Source: the human T2T-CHM13v2.0 reference genome, Homo sapiens
Assembly: GCF_009914755.1 (NCBI RefSeq)
Contig: NC_060929.1
Reading direction: 5' to 3' (one strand)
DNA: 64,000 nt
Shown: positions 13,191-25,047 of the stretch, one piece after another
Layout of the letters: every line of letters begins with the position of its first letter
How positions within the stretch are numbered: position 1 is the first letter of the stretch
Program-made: the position numbers and the translations under genes
Notes under the pieces: generated by a model
The model's input: the letters and a program-made list of their open reading frames with translations, nothing else
Database searches by the model: none
Told to the model about the DNA's origin: nothing

Positions 13191-16100
13191 ATCTTCTCTG
13201 ATGCACCAGGCTTAGTCGCTCCTTGAAACATACTGTAAAAGACTGGTCTCCTAGGACCTGTCAGCTTGTGTTACCATTATTTACTTAGGTCTAGATTAGA
13301 GTGTCTCTCTCAGCTATATCCTAGTTTTTCTCGAGTACCTGGGCCATCTTTTGCTCATTCTTGTAACCTGACAACCAATAATAATACTTGGCTAAATAAA
13401 TAAATGTTGATAGAATGAATAGATATATGGACAGAGGAATTATAGTGTTTTTTGTAATCCAAAATGAATAGCTGAAAATAAATTTCTATGGATGCTCAGA
13501 CTATGTTAACAAGAAGTTTGCTACTGAGAGAGGGAAATTTCACATACTTGTTTTATTTTATTTTTTTGTCATTTTAACTTACAGTAGAAACTTACATTTG
13601 GTAAAATTAATCAGGAGAAAAAACTGGACTTGGTCAAATTTTGTGTGTGGGTTGGTTGGTGCAAGTGAAGCATATCAGATTTCTTATATTATTTTTTAGA
13701 TAACAGTGTTGCTTATTTGATAATTTTTTCTAAGAAGTTCAACGATTTTATAATAAATTATCTCCCTACATTCGACAGTATCTCTTTGAACTTATTCTTT
13801 AGCACAGTTTATCATCCCTATTTTTCAGATGAATACCGTAAACAAAGACATGAATAGCCTTATCCAAGGTCCCCAAACTTGTTCCTGGATGGACTAGAAA
13901 ACCAACCCTCTTCACACAAAGTGCATCTTTCTTTCTGTTAGTTAGTGTTCCTTCCCTCTTTTAGATAACTATGGATTTTAGGGGCTGAAGTTCAGCTCAA
14001 TATGGACCCAGTCAACTGTTTATTGAGCAGTATGCAGGCACTGTCATTTGTAATGTTACATTAAGAACCATCAGAAATTCTGATAAGTGCAAGCACAGTA
14101 ATGCATAACATTTTAATTAACGTAAGGACTGCTTTCTAGGTTAAAGTCAAAAAATAATACTAAGAACACTAAATTGAGAGCCAGTTGGTTTCTAGGTTCT
14201 GACAGTAAATCAAAGCTACTTTTGTATAGACTCTGCAGCCAACTCTGCCCTCAGACGCTCCGGCCATTCCCACTACAGCCACTGAGAACCACATGCATGC
14301 ACTAGTGGGCACAAACTAGTTCTATATTTATGGATGTTTATTTTAATTTCAGAAAATGGGAAGAATTTTGGTTGGTAGTAAATACAGGTCTGCTTACAGC
14401 TAGAATAAAAAAAGGTGGCCCTCTGATTTACACAGGCAATGTAAATAACAAGTTCTAAAAACAGAGAAGGAGTCCTGTATCATTTCCTACAGGGTAGGGA
14501 AATTAGTTTGACTACTGTGAAATGGAAAGGGCATTTCATAATCTTTCTCCACTCCACACGCCTGCCCCCTCCCTCACCCTCCCAGGCCCAGCCCCATTCA
14601 TAAAGTCACCTCAGAAGAACTTTCCTGCCATTTTAACTGTGGTAACTGTTCTTGCACCTTGCAGGAAAGAGTTCTGAAAGAAAAGGACCTTTAGAAACAG
14701 CAGCTACTCACATCTATAATAATAATTGAGGCCCAACTGCAAATTGCCTCAGACATATCACTAAGGGAAGCAACAAAAATCTGATCTATGGGTCCCAAAT
14801 ACTTCTTTCCACCAAACACAATATTTTTAGCCTAATCTTAATTGAACCTTACAGTGCTCAATGAATGGATAATTTTTTATTTTTTTATTTTAACCATTCT
14901 TTAACTCATAAATAGTAGTTTCTTTGTTTTAGGATGTGTTTGGGATTCGTATACCCAGCTAATTCTATTTTCAAAGGTTTGAGGTTTGATCATTTTTTTT
15001 CCCTCCAAATAAGAGTCATGATAAATATAACCCTCATTATGTGAAAATATTTCAGGTCGGCTACTCCACCTCATCCCCCCACCTAGATAATCTCTCAGTT
15101 TCCTCCCAGTTGAGGAAACAGAATGACTAATGAGTGACAGATGGACAGTTCACAGATACAATACACTCTGTAATCCAGGAGCCACAGGTCTTCCTATGTG
15201 TTTAAAGGGTTAGGGCTGGAGTCAAGAGTCTGCAACGACAATCTTTAATTGGGAAAAAGGGAAATGCCCTCCTAAATGCTCTTTCTCCACCTCCCTTGTT
15301 CCTGACAGTAAGTAATGGCACAAATGTTCTAAAGTATTCTTCTTCAGTTTTATTTTGTTTAATTCAGTCTGTCATTAGAAAGGCTTGCGAGCTTTAGGCC
15401 CGATGATTACTCTCGGTGGGAGGAAGCAGTGCCTCTGCAGACTTGTGTTCTAGACAAGCGTTCCTTTATACAATGACGGGGCCTGCCATCGTAAATGAAA
15501 GGCTCTTTAAAGAGCAGCGAGGGACTCTTTTAAGCAGACTGCTACCACGTGCTTGTAACCCTCCAGCATAACTTGCGAGGATGAGACAGCAGTGTGTTCT
15601 GCCGCAAAGGGGACTATTGTCCTCGTTAGCCTCAAGCAAGTTGAGCCTCCGTTTCGCTGAAATATAGTAGTATTTCCAAAGGATTTTCAAGCAGTAGTTC
15701 CTAAAATTCTGAACATGATAAAAGGATTAAAATAAGGGGCTTAGAGTGTGGAATTTAGAACTCTACCAACCCCTCACCCTAAGTCAACATCCCAAATCCC
15801 AAAATAAAACTCCAAATCTTATGCATTGGAGGGAAAATAATAAATCACAGTTAGATCTAAATTAAATAATCGAATGCACATTAATGAAACGAGTGTTTAT
15901 TAACAAACTCATAAAAGTTTGAGTTTTAAAATTTGTGACAGCTGAATTCTGATGCATTTGTCTGCATGAGGAAAAGGAAGAAGGATGACCGAAAATTGTT
16001 AACTTGATCAGGATATAAGAGATTTTACTGTGGCCCATTTTAAGGCCTAGGAATGTTTTGCCTTTTGAAAAGAGAAGACTAACACAGCAGGCTTCACATT

Positions 16101-16360
16101 TTTTATATGGGCTGCTCAAGTCTGCCTGGTTTGTTAAAGGGCTAATTTTCATTCTAAATCCAATCTGTAGATGCAGTCATAAAATAAATACCTTTGTTTC
16201 TCTGTATCTCATCTACATAAGAGATATAATTTGAATCTGAGAAGAATCAAATAAACCAGATTAATATTTTGGGGGCAAAAACATGTTTACTAGTTCAACA
16301 AAGCCAAATGTACCTAAGGGAAAGGTCAAAGGATACTTCATTCCCTGCTGAGCAAATGCT

Positions 16361-16404
16361 CAGGAAGCACATTTGTCTACATTTTCCTGTCATAACAGGA
16401 AGAG
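16361..16404. promoter_or_regulatory. FOX:ETS endothelial enhancer core, apparent ortholog of the mouse Mef2c F10 44-bp element
   Basis: caggaagcacatttgtctacattttcctgtcataacaggaagag has three GGAA/TTCC ETS cores and a composite forkhead-ETS site ATAACAGGAA. It matches my recollection of the published Mef2c F10 minimal enhancer; not aligned here. Confidence 0.75.
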
Positions 16405-17585
16405 TGTAACTTCTTCCTTTCCACAATAGCCTAGGTTTTACCTCCTAACTCCAATATTTTCTCCCCCAGGGCCTTCCAAATCAATCCTTGCAAGACAGAA
16501 GGCTGTCTCCGTTATAGTTTCCAAACAGTTACATTTGTTGAAATGTTATTTAAATGTTAGTGATTTCTTTAGTTAAACTGTTCCAATTTAAAATTAAAAG
16601 TCAAATTTCCAAACATTTAGACTGGTTCTCTAATTCTTATTAATGGTCCAACATATTTCAAAAGAAACACAAATACACATTACATATTATCAATTTTTAA
16701 TTTTTTTCCTTAATGATGTCATTTACTTAATTTTTTAAAATTTTTGCCAAAGCCATTATCCTCAGAAAAAATAAGTTTCCAAACTACCTTCAACAAGAAT
16801 ACATTGGGATGCAAACTTTAAAAATACCCTAATAATTTTTGAAGTAGTTTCATTTTGAACTAAATGTTAAAGAAGTGCAGACTGCAGAGGACATGGCTTT
16901 TGAAACAATTAGCATCATGTCTTTTAATCTACAGTTTGGAAGAAACTTCTCGGTGTATGTAGTCTATTTATAATGTTAATATTTTTAGTGTTGGTTTCTC
17001 AGTAATACAATGTCACACAGTTTGTGCATTTGCAAAGCTAAAGGTGACTTGTAGCAGACAGAGTGGTGTGTGCATGCATTCCCAGAGGTGAAAGGGGCCA
17101 TTCAGTATCAACTTTCTTCACAAAATGAGATACAATAAATAAAAGCATCAGATTCTTTTTAAATTACAGTTTTAAGTAGAAATTATATGAGATATACAAA
17201 TTAGAACTGGAAACAATAAAAACCCTTGAGGCCCTCAAGTTCAAAGAAGAGTGACAGAATTCTAGAAGTGACAATTATTCTTTTCCTTATGAAAATGTTG
17301 GCCTCTCTCAGATTTCCTACCAAAGGAAAGTGAATGAATGAGATTGACGGGAGTTGGAGCAATATCTTTCTGGCAGTAAAGGAGTAGATCTAGCTGACAT
17401 AAATATAAAATATCATGCACCGAACAGGATAAATAGTAATATGTGTGGCACACTGTTGCTGTGATCCTACTACATGGTGGGGAGATTATTTGTGAATTCT
17501 TTTCAAATTGCTAAGGGATAAAATGGAAATGAATGGCCTGAGGCCACAGCTGTTAAACATACATCTGAGCATTCTGCCTACTGCT

Positions 17586-17617
<32 letters not shown>

Positions 17618-19149
17618 AACTCTTACAAGTATTATTTAGGTCATTTTCCCTTCTGGTTTTCTTTTTCAACTCTTCAATCACCAGCAATTCCAAATCTTTG
17701 AATAAAAACTTTTCCCTTGGTAATTTTAAGATTAATAAAAGAATGATTTAACTTATATGCATGAGGAGCTTTTAAGAAGGCATCCCCAATATGTGGCAAT
17801 AGACCCTATAATTCAATTCTGATGGGTATGATGTCCTAAAATATTACTATGACACACCCTTATTTTATTTATATGAAATAAGTTTAGTATAATTTTTAAT
17901 ACAAGTGTTGGGGAGGCAGGCATCTGTTAAGAAATGATACTAAGAAAAAACAATCATCATCATCATTATTATGAGGTATTTGCAGGCTTATTTTGGATTA
18001 AAAGATAGGAAAATCAATAATTTTTCACTGATTGAGCTTTTTTTCACTAGGTCTGAAAGAGAATCCAGATACTTCTTGATTAACAAGTATAATTCTTCTA
18101 CAGTATTTAAAGAAAAACTCACAAGTCTGGAAATTCTGTTTGTGGAGGTGGCCAAAAAAAGTGCATTTAGCAGTGGAGACTGCATCTTCCATCTATTCTC
18201 CAACTTATGGTTTGGAATTCACCGAAAAATTATTTTTTTGAAGCAATTAATTTGTATTTCTCAATTATCCAGTTACTCACATTTAAAGAGTGAATGTATC
18301 TCTCTTTCAACAAATTTTCTATTAGGTTATTAAGATGTAACTCCCAAATTTAGAACTGTAATTAACTTGATGAAAACCAGGAAAAAGTAAGGAGTAAAAT
18401 TTTTTCTTTTTAAAGAGTCACTTGAGGGAATCTATACATCTCTTTTTATTTTTCAGTTTAGTGTCGAATAGACCAGATTTAGTTTGAAAACACATCAGTA
18501 TGTAGAAACTGTCAGAAGCTGCATCTACATTGAACACATTTTTCCAGCTTTTTTCCTAGTTCATCTTATATAATTTATAATTCATATGAAGAGACTGAGA
18601 TGGGGACATAAGAAGAGGGAAAGTTAGAAAATGTAACAGCTATGAACTCTGAATTCTTTTAGTCATAAGGGGATTCTCCTGTTCTATTAACAGAATGTTG
18701 CAAATTGTCTTTAGTTTGTGCTCCAGTTATTGCACTGATAATTACATGAAGTTTTGTTTGCTGGCAAAAACTATTAGTGTGCCAGATCTGATGAAAGAAA
18801 AGAAAACTTAAGGCATTTAAATATATTTCTTTCTTAACTTACTATTTTAAGCCCTAACTGTGTTATCTGACAAATATTTAAATGTCTTTTTATAACAAGT
18901 TGCACAAATAAATTTGGGCTTACCTCTCCTATCCTTTCAAAGTAGGAAAGCTGAAATTTTCAAATACAAACATACAAGTAAATAGGTTTAGGCTAAGCAT
19001 GCCTAATTTTTATATATCTTTCTTCCTAATATAACAGATTTCTAAATATATTGTTTGTAGAAAGAGTCATATAAGGACAATATTCATTTAAAAACTGTTA
19101 AAGGACCCAAAATTACAGCTAAATAAGACAAATGCATTCAAGTGTTCTA

Positions 19150-19360
19150 TCCCACCAAAGGATGACTACAGTTAATATATCTTACAGTTTGAAATAGCTA
19201 GAAGGAGGATATTGGAGGTTTCCAAGACAAAGAAATGATAAATGTTTGAGATGATGGATATGCTAACTACCCTGATTTGATCACTATACATTATACATAT
19301 TAAAACATCACTGTGCACCCTATGAATACGTACAATTATTTGTTAATTTAAAAAATTTTA
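19150..19360 (+). mobile_element. L1M (L1MA/MB) 3' fragment
   Basis: caaagaaatgataaatgtttgagatgatggatatgctaactaccctgatttgatcactatac. Confidence 0.8.
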
Positions 19361-20049
19361 AACACAAAAGAAATGAAACAAGCACCCCCAAAACCATCTG
19401 TTCATAAAAACCAGTTTGTTGTTGAACTTTTTAAACCTTTGCATATATATGTTACTGTAAAATACAATAAAAGTGTCACAGAAAAAAATCTGTTTCAGGA
19501 GCATGATTAAAAATTGGTACCATGTGAAAGAGGGTAAGACTGCCTAACTGATGGAGGTATTTCAAGGGTAAAAAAAAAATGCCGACGGAGAGACTGAAAC
19601 TGTAGTGTTAGCATAAGCTAGAAGCTGGTAGTGATAAAAATGGTGAGGAGTAGTTAAAAATAATTTGGTCAGTAACATATATTTGAAAACAGGTCCCACA
19701 AGCATAACATTTAGGAAACGACTTCTCCCCATCCTTGTCATAAATCCTCTGCAAACGTCCTGTGTGATCTTTCCTTCCTGTCCACAAACTATCCTCTCTG
19801 CATCAGCTCACTCCTGCTCTGGTATCATTCTCTAGCCCCTTGTTGGCTTCTGAAGGCTCCTTTGTGCTCCTGCTCTACCTGTTCCACTTTTCCATCCATC
19901 TCCTCAATACCCTTTTAAAATAAAACCCTCATGAAATGAAGGTTTAGGTAACATTCTTTATTGTGCTACACAGTACAAGAGTTGTTTTGATAGAAATCAC
20001 ATTAACTATAATAGCTAATGGTTCAAAGAGCCTGAGTCTTAATAGGAAT

Positions 20050-20300
20050 AGCTAATAGGTAAATTTATTGAGCACTTATTATTTGGTGGGTGCTTTACAT
20101 TTATTGCTTCATTTAATTGTCTTAAAGACCTAATGAGAAAGGTACTAACTTTTTTTCATCCTCACTCTAGTGATGAGGGTACTGCTGAAGCTCAGAGGGT
20201 CTAAGTAACTTGCTAGAGGGTCACATAGCTAGTAAGTGGCAGAACTGGGACAAGAACGAAGTTTGTGTGTCTCTAAAAACTATGCCTCTTAGCCATTTGA
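20050..20300 (-). mobile_element. MIR SINE
   Basis: tttattgagcactta...gctcagagggtctaagtaacttgc...ggtcacatagctagtaagtggcaga. Confidence 0.75.
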
Positions 20301-20829
20301 TTATACTGGATGCAGTATAATTGGGAAAAGTAATGACACAAAACCATGCTCTTAGTTATTATATTACACTAGATGCATCATGACATAATTTTAAAAAGCA
20401 TAATTTGTTTCGTGTTGAATATGAGAGATCCGGGCTCAGATCTTGGTCACTTCCCAGTTTTAACTGTACAATCTTGAGCCAGTTATTTAGAACTTAACAG
20501 GACCTTCAAAGCTTTGCGATATCTGGGTCCTGTCTAACATCCAATCTTTTCTCTCATTTCTCTACAGTCATACACCAGGCTTAAGTCCCACTGATCTTCC
20601 TTCAGCTCCTCAGTCAAGCTCTTTCCTCTCTTAAGGAACTTTGCAAATACTGCTTCTGGAATGCTGTCACCTGCCTAACTCTGAATCATCTTTTAGCTCA
20701 TCTTTTAGCACTTCCTCAGGCCTTTCTCCAACCCTGATGTAAATAAAGTACCTCCTATTATTCTTTCATAGCACATATAAGTGAAATTTTTGTTATATAT
20801 TTTTATATTTCATGTCTGTTTAACTCAAT

Positions 20830-21047
20830 CAGGGGTCCATAAACTGTAGCCTACAAGTGAAATCCAAACGCCCTGTTTTTGTCAGTAAAGCTTTATTGGA
20901 GCACAGCCACACAGGTTCATTTACATACTGCATACGGCTTTCAGACTACTAGGGCAGAGCTGAGTAGTTGAGACAAAAACTATATGGCTCACAAGGCTAA
21001 AAATATTTGCTATGTGGTCCTTTACAGGAAAGCTCGCTGAACCCCTA
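20830..21047 (+). mobile_element. MER58A hAT-Charlie non-autonomous DNA transposon, embedded in L2-like sequence
   Basis: caggggtccataaact...taaagctttattggagcacagccac...gcagagctgagtagttg...aaaatatttgctatgtggtcctttacaggaaagctcgctgaacccct, with CAGGGG/CCCCT termini. Confidence 0.85.
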
Positions 21048-21393
21048 AAGCAGAGGATAAGCTGGATGAGATTCTTGTTCACCACTGAATACTTGGTGTT
21101 AGGTACACTGCAGTCTAGTAATATTTGTTGATTTCACAGATAAATGAATTATTCAGCCATAAAATGGGACTTATTAATAAAAATTAATTGTAATTATATA
21201 TATATATAGTTCTTGGCACATAATTGGTAACTACTTTTATTAGGTTGTCTGAAAATTTCTGTAAGATAAATTAACAATTCATAATGTTATTTTTACATAC
21301 TTGCTTAAGAAATCCATGTTGTCTAAGCTTGAAACTAAGAAAGAAATAGTTTTTGTAAACTTGGAAATGCCAAAAAATTTTTTTAAATAAAAA

Positions 21394-21513
21394 AGCTGTC
21401 AATTTTTATTCTCACCTAAACTATTTTACGTATTGATGTTTCTGAATTTGAGCTGTCAATTTTTATTCTCACCTAAACTATTTCATGTATTGATGTTTCT
21501 GAATTTGAGCTGT
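21394..21513. repeat. Tandem duplication of a 57-bp unit
   Basis: Copies at 21394-21450 and 21451-21507 differ at 2 positions. A third agctgt follows at 21508-21513. Confidence 0.95.
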
Positions 21514-22375
21514 TCCCTACTTCCATTATGAAAGACAGCTAAAGTAAAGGTAAAATTCAATTTAAACAGCCATTCTATTTCACAACAGTTTTATTTCTTA
21601 ATGATATACAACTTATAACATCAGTGCTGTAATATTTCATTTCACACTTGAAGTCAGTATTTCTTTTTCTGGAAAAAACATAACTTATTCTGTGTATAGC
21701 TAAATAAACAAGTGCAATGGCAGAGCAGTCTTTGACAACTTTTAAGAAAAGATGACAGTGAGCCATTGCATGAGGTTCTACTGGACAGTCTACAGTGGGG
21801 CAGCTTCAAAGAGGGCAAAGCATTTTTTTTTGCAACATGTGAATACACAGTTGAAAGAAAGCCCAGGTTACGGGTGCCTCTACACAGTATGATATGCTGT
21901 TTCGGATTTGCTGGTTTTGTTTATTAGAAGTGACCTACATAATTTAGGCTCTTTCCCAAATGACTCTTACAACTGCTCTCATAGTAGGTGAGAGGTGCAC
22001 AAGACAAGCATTTATATGTAAGATGTTTGAAATTGTCAACAGCCTCTAAAATAATCACTGAAATATATATTAAAACATGGTGGATTTCAAGTTTACTAAT
22101 TCTGTTTAAAAGTATTGAACTTACAGGCCTACTGTATCTAAAGACTGGAGAAAAGAATAAATATACCCTAAATTCTAAAGAATAAAATCAAGAAATCTGT
22201 CTTCAGAATTTAAAAAAATGATAAGTCAAACTAAGCTGAATTTAAATAAGTTTTCTTCTTCTAAAGTTATTATGACTTCTAACCTGGATGAGGGTAACAG
22301 CCACTGTAGCTGCAACTATATATAAATAAAGAAAAGATATTCAATTATTAGCTCAAAAGTGCGACATTAAGATTC

Positions 22376-22670
22376 TTTGTTTGTTTGTTTTTTGTTTTTT
22401 TGAGACAGGGTCTCACTCTGTTGCCCAGGTTGAAGTGTAGTAGTAACATGATCACGGCTCACTGCAGTTTTGACATCTCGGGTCCTAGTGGTCCCCAAGT
22501 GGTTGGGAACACAGGTGCATGCCACTACCACACCCAGTTAATTTTTTTTTAACTTTTTAAAATAAGAGATTGCATCTCCTTATGTTGCCCAGGCTGGTCT
22601 TGAACTCCTGGGCTCCAGTGATCTGCATCTCAAAGTGTTGGGATTACAAGCATGAACTACCACTCCCGGC
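22376..22670 (-). mobile_element. Alu (AluJ-like)
   Basis: Antisense, diverged Alu dimer with a (TTTG)n tail. Confidence 0.88.
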
Positions 22671-22690
22671 TTTAAAATTATTGTATCCCT

Positions 22691-23195
22691 AGAAATCCTG
22701 TCATTTGTTACAACATGAGTGAAACTAACTGGAGGACATTATGTTAAGTGAAATAAGCCAGGCACAGAAGGACACATTTTGCATGTTCTCACTCGTGTGG
22801 GAGCTAAACTTTTTTTTTTTAAAAATTGAACTCACTGAGATAGAGAGTAGACTGATGGTTACTATAGGCTGGGAAGGGTAGCTGGGCATGGAGTGGGGAG
22901 GGGATAAAGTGGGGATGTTTAATGGATACAAAAATAGGTAAAATGAATAAGATCTAGAATTTGGTAGTACATAGGGTGACTACAGTTAACAAGAATTTAT
23001 CATATATTTGAAAGTAATTAAAAGAGTAGAATTGGAATGTTCCTAATACAAAGAAATGATAAATGCTTGAGGTAGGTATACCTCAATTACCCTGATTTTG
23101 ATCACTGCACATTGTATACCTGTATCAAAACATCACATGTATTCCATATTATATACAACTATTATGTACCCATAATTAAAAATAGAAATTAAAAA
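22691..23195 (+). mobile_element. L1MA 3' fragment
   Basis: gaaatcctgtcatttg...ggaggacattatgttaagtgaaataagccaggcacagaa...gtacccataattaaaaatagaaattaaaaaa. Probable TSD ttgtatccct at 22681 and ~23199. Confidence 0.85.
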
Positions 23196-24851
23196 ATCTT
23201 GTATCCCTGTTTTTTCTAATAAAGCATAATAAAAGCTCATGAATTCAACCTGCAAAAATTTTCTTCTAACTTTGCAAGCAAAAGAAGATATAATGAATAT
23301 CATAAACCTAAAAATTATCTGGTATTGGTAATAAAGTGCAAATGCTAATTCATATGTTTTTGACTATACTCAAAATAGGTTCTGGTCCAAATAACAAGGT
23401 CCAAACAGTGTTACATGACATTCAATATTTCAGTCTTAATTTCAATTTCAAGCTATAGGCCAATTAAAAAATAGCGGTTTTCTATTGACACAATGATTGC
23501 TCTTTGGCTTGATCCACAGCAAGAAACGATGTGCATGAAAACACTAAAGGAATCCACCATAAATCTTAGTATTATTCACCCTCTAGCTAAACATGCAGCC
23601 AAAAATAGTTCAAGTTGTGTGTACCTGAAAATATATAATAATTTAGAGGAGTATAAACTTGAAAACCTAAAAGTTTCTCTACTTTTTAATGGCGTACTGA
23701 CTTTGATGCAAGAAATAATTAATTCCTATTCATTATAGTTTACACATGAAACAACATTACATTTAAAAAAATGAATCAATCAGTTCTAGTCCTATTTGTA
23801 TGTCCAAGAAGACAAAACAGGACAATAGAGGACATGAGTGTCTACATTTGTGGGGAAATTACAGTCTGGTGGTTGTCCCCAGGGCTACTGTGTAGCCTTC
23901 TTCAGTGTAACCGAAAAGTAGGCAAAACACTCTTCTCTTCCACAGTCCAGAAACGTCTTCTCTGCAGGTTCCATGATCCATATGAGATGGTTGGGACCCA
24001 GCAGTACTATAATTTCTCCCAGGACCATTATTTGATATTTAACGTTATACAAACTACCCAGCTGTCCTTACATAGCCTAACTAAATCCACTCTCCCCTAG
24101 TGTGAAGAAAAATAGAGTCAAATTGCAGGCATTCATGATATACAAGTCTTTAATGCCGAACTGAGCATTTGAATGTGTAAAGTCTTCACAACAGATTAAT
24201 TGTATCACACAGACATTATCATTGGCATTCTAGAAAAAAATTATAACACCATCTGCCTCTATGTTTATCAAATTCAGATTTAAAATGGTATGAATTAACC
24301 GATAGTCCTTGCCTATATGTTTTAAGTTATTAATATCTTGTGTGGGTGTTTTCTTTGTTGTTGTTGTCAGCACAATGTTAAAATGTTTGGATGTGTTTCA
24401 AAATCTCATTTACTATGAATAAAATGAAAGCCATTTTCATACAGGATATTTATCCTATATTATAAACCTTTAAGTGAATGACCACAAAAGGTCTAGTTCC
24501 CATGAATATAAGAATATCTTTGTTTGATGATGCGTGCAATGTAGCAATGTTATGCTGATTAACTCTTAATTATCAAGCTATTCATGTCACACAACTACAC
24601 TTCCCATTTCAAATTTGTGTTGAAGTAAAAAGTGAATAATGACAAATGTGTAAACTATGTTTCTGACAGATAAAGTGATTTTTTTCTCCTTTATATATAA
24701 GAGACTATCAGCACTTTAACTGGTCACATTTAATTAACCCAAACTTCTCTTAATAGATATTTACAGATTCAAGATATTTTCTGTACCCTTAACATATGTG
24801 GAGAAAATATAATTAATAAATAATGATACAAAAAAAGTTTACTCCACTCAC

Positions 24852-24905
24852 CTGTCTGTTACGTTCATCCATAATCCTCGTAATCTGAATCTTTTTTCTC
24901 CCCAT
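24852..24905 (-). CDS. MEF2C: MEF2C first coding segment (aa 1-18, MGRKKIQITRIMDERNRQ)
   Basis: The reverse complement reads ggactATGGGGAGAAAAAAGATTCAGATTACGAGGATTATGGATGAACGTAACAGACAG|GTgagt. Strong Kozak (A-3, G+4). 54 nt, phase 0, joins 5921 in frame. Too short for the ORF track. Confidence 0.98.
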
Positions 24906-25047
24906 AGTCCCCGTTTTTCTTCTCTCTCTCGTCCCTGAAATTATGTATTTTTTCCTTCCTTTTCTTTCTCTTTCCTGTTTCCTCCAAACAAATCTCCTTC
25001 TTCAGCACTTGCACAGCTCAGTTCCCAAATTCCTGCATTCGTTCCTG
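24906..25047 (-). other. MEF2C: 5'UTR part of the MEF2C first coding exon (c.-142 to c.-1)
   Basis: Polypyrimidine tract and acceptor tttttcttttttgttcAG|CAG|GAACG at 25049-25045, followed by a purine-rich UTR. Confidence 0.88.

Noticed and set aside
21394-21513. CRISPR-like or prokaryotic repeat array interpretation
   Set aside because: Only two adjacent copies with no spacers, in eukaryotic intronic DNA. No CRISPR, tRNA or rRNA signal was seen anywhere in the window.
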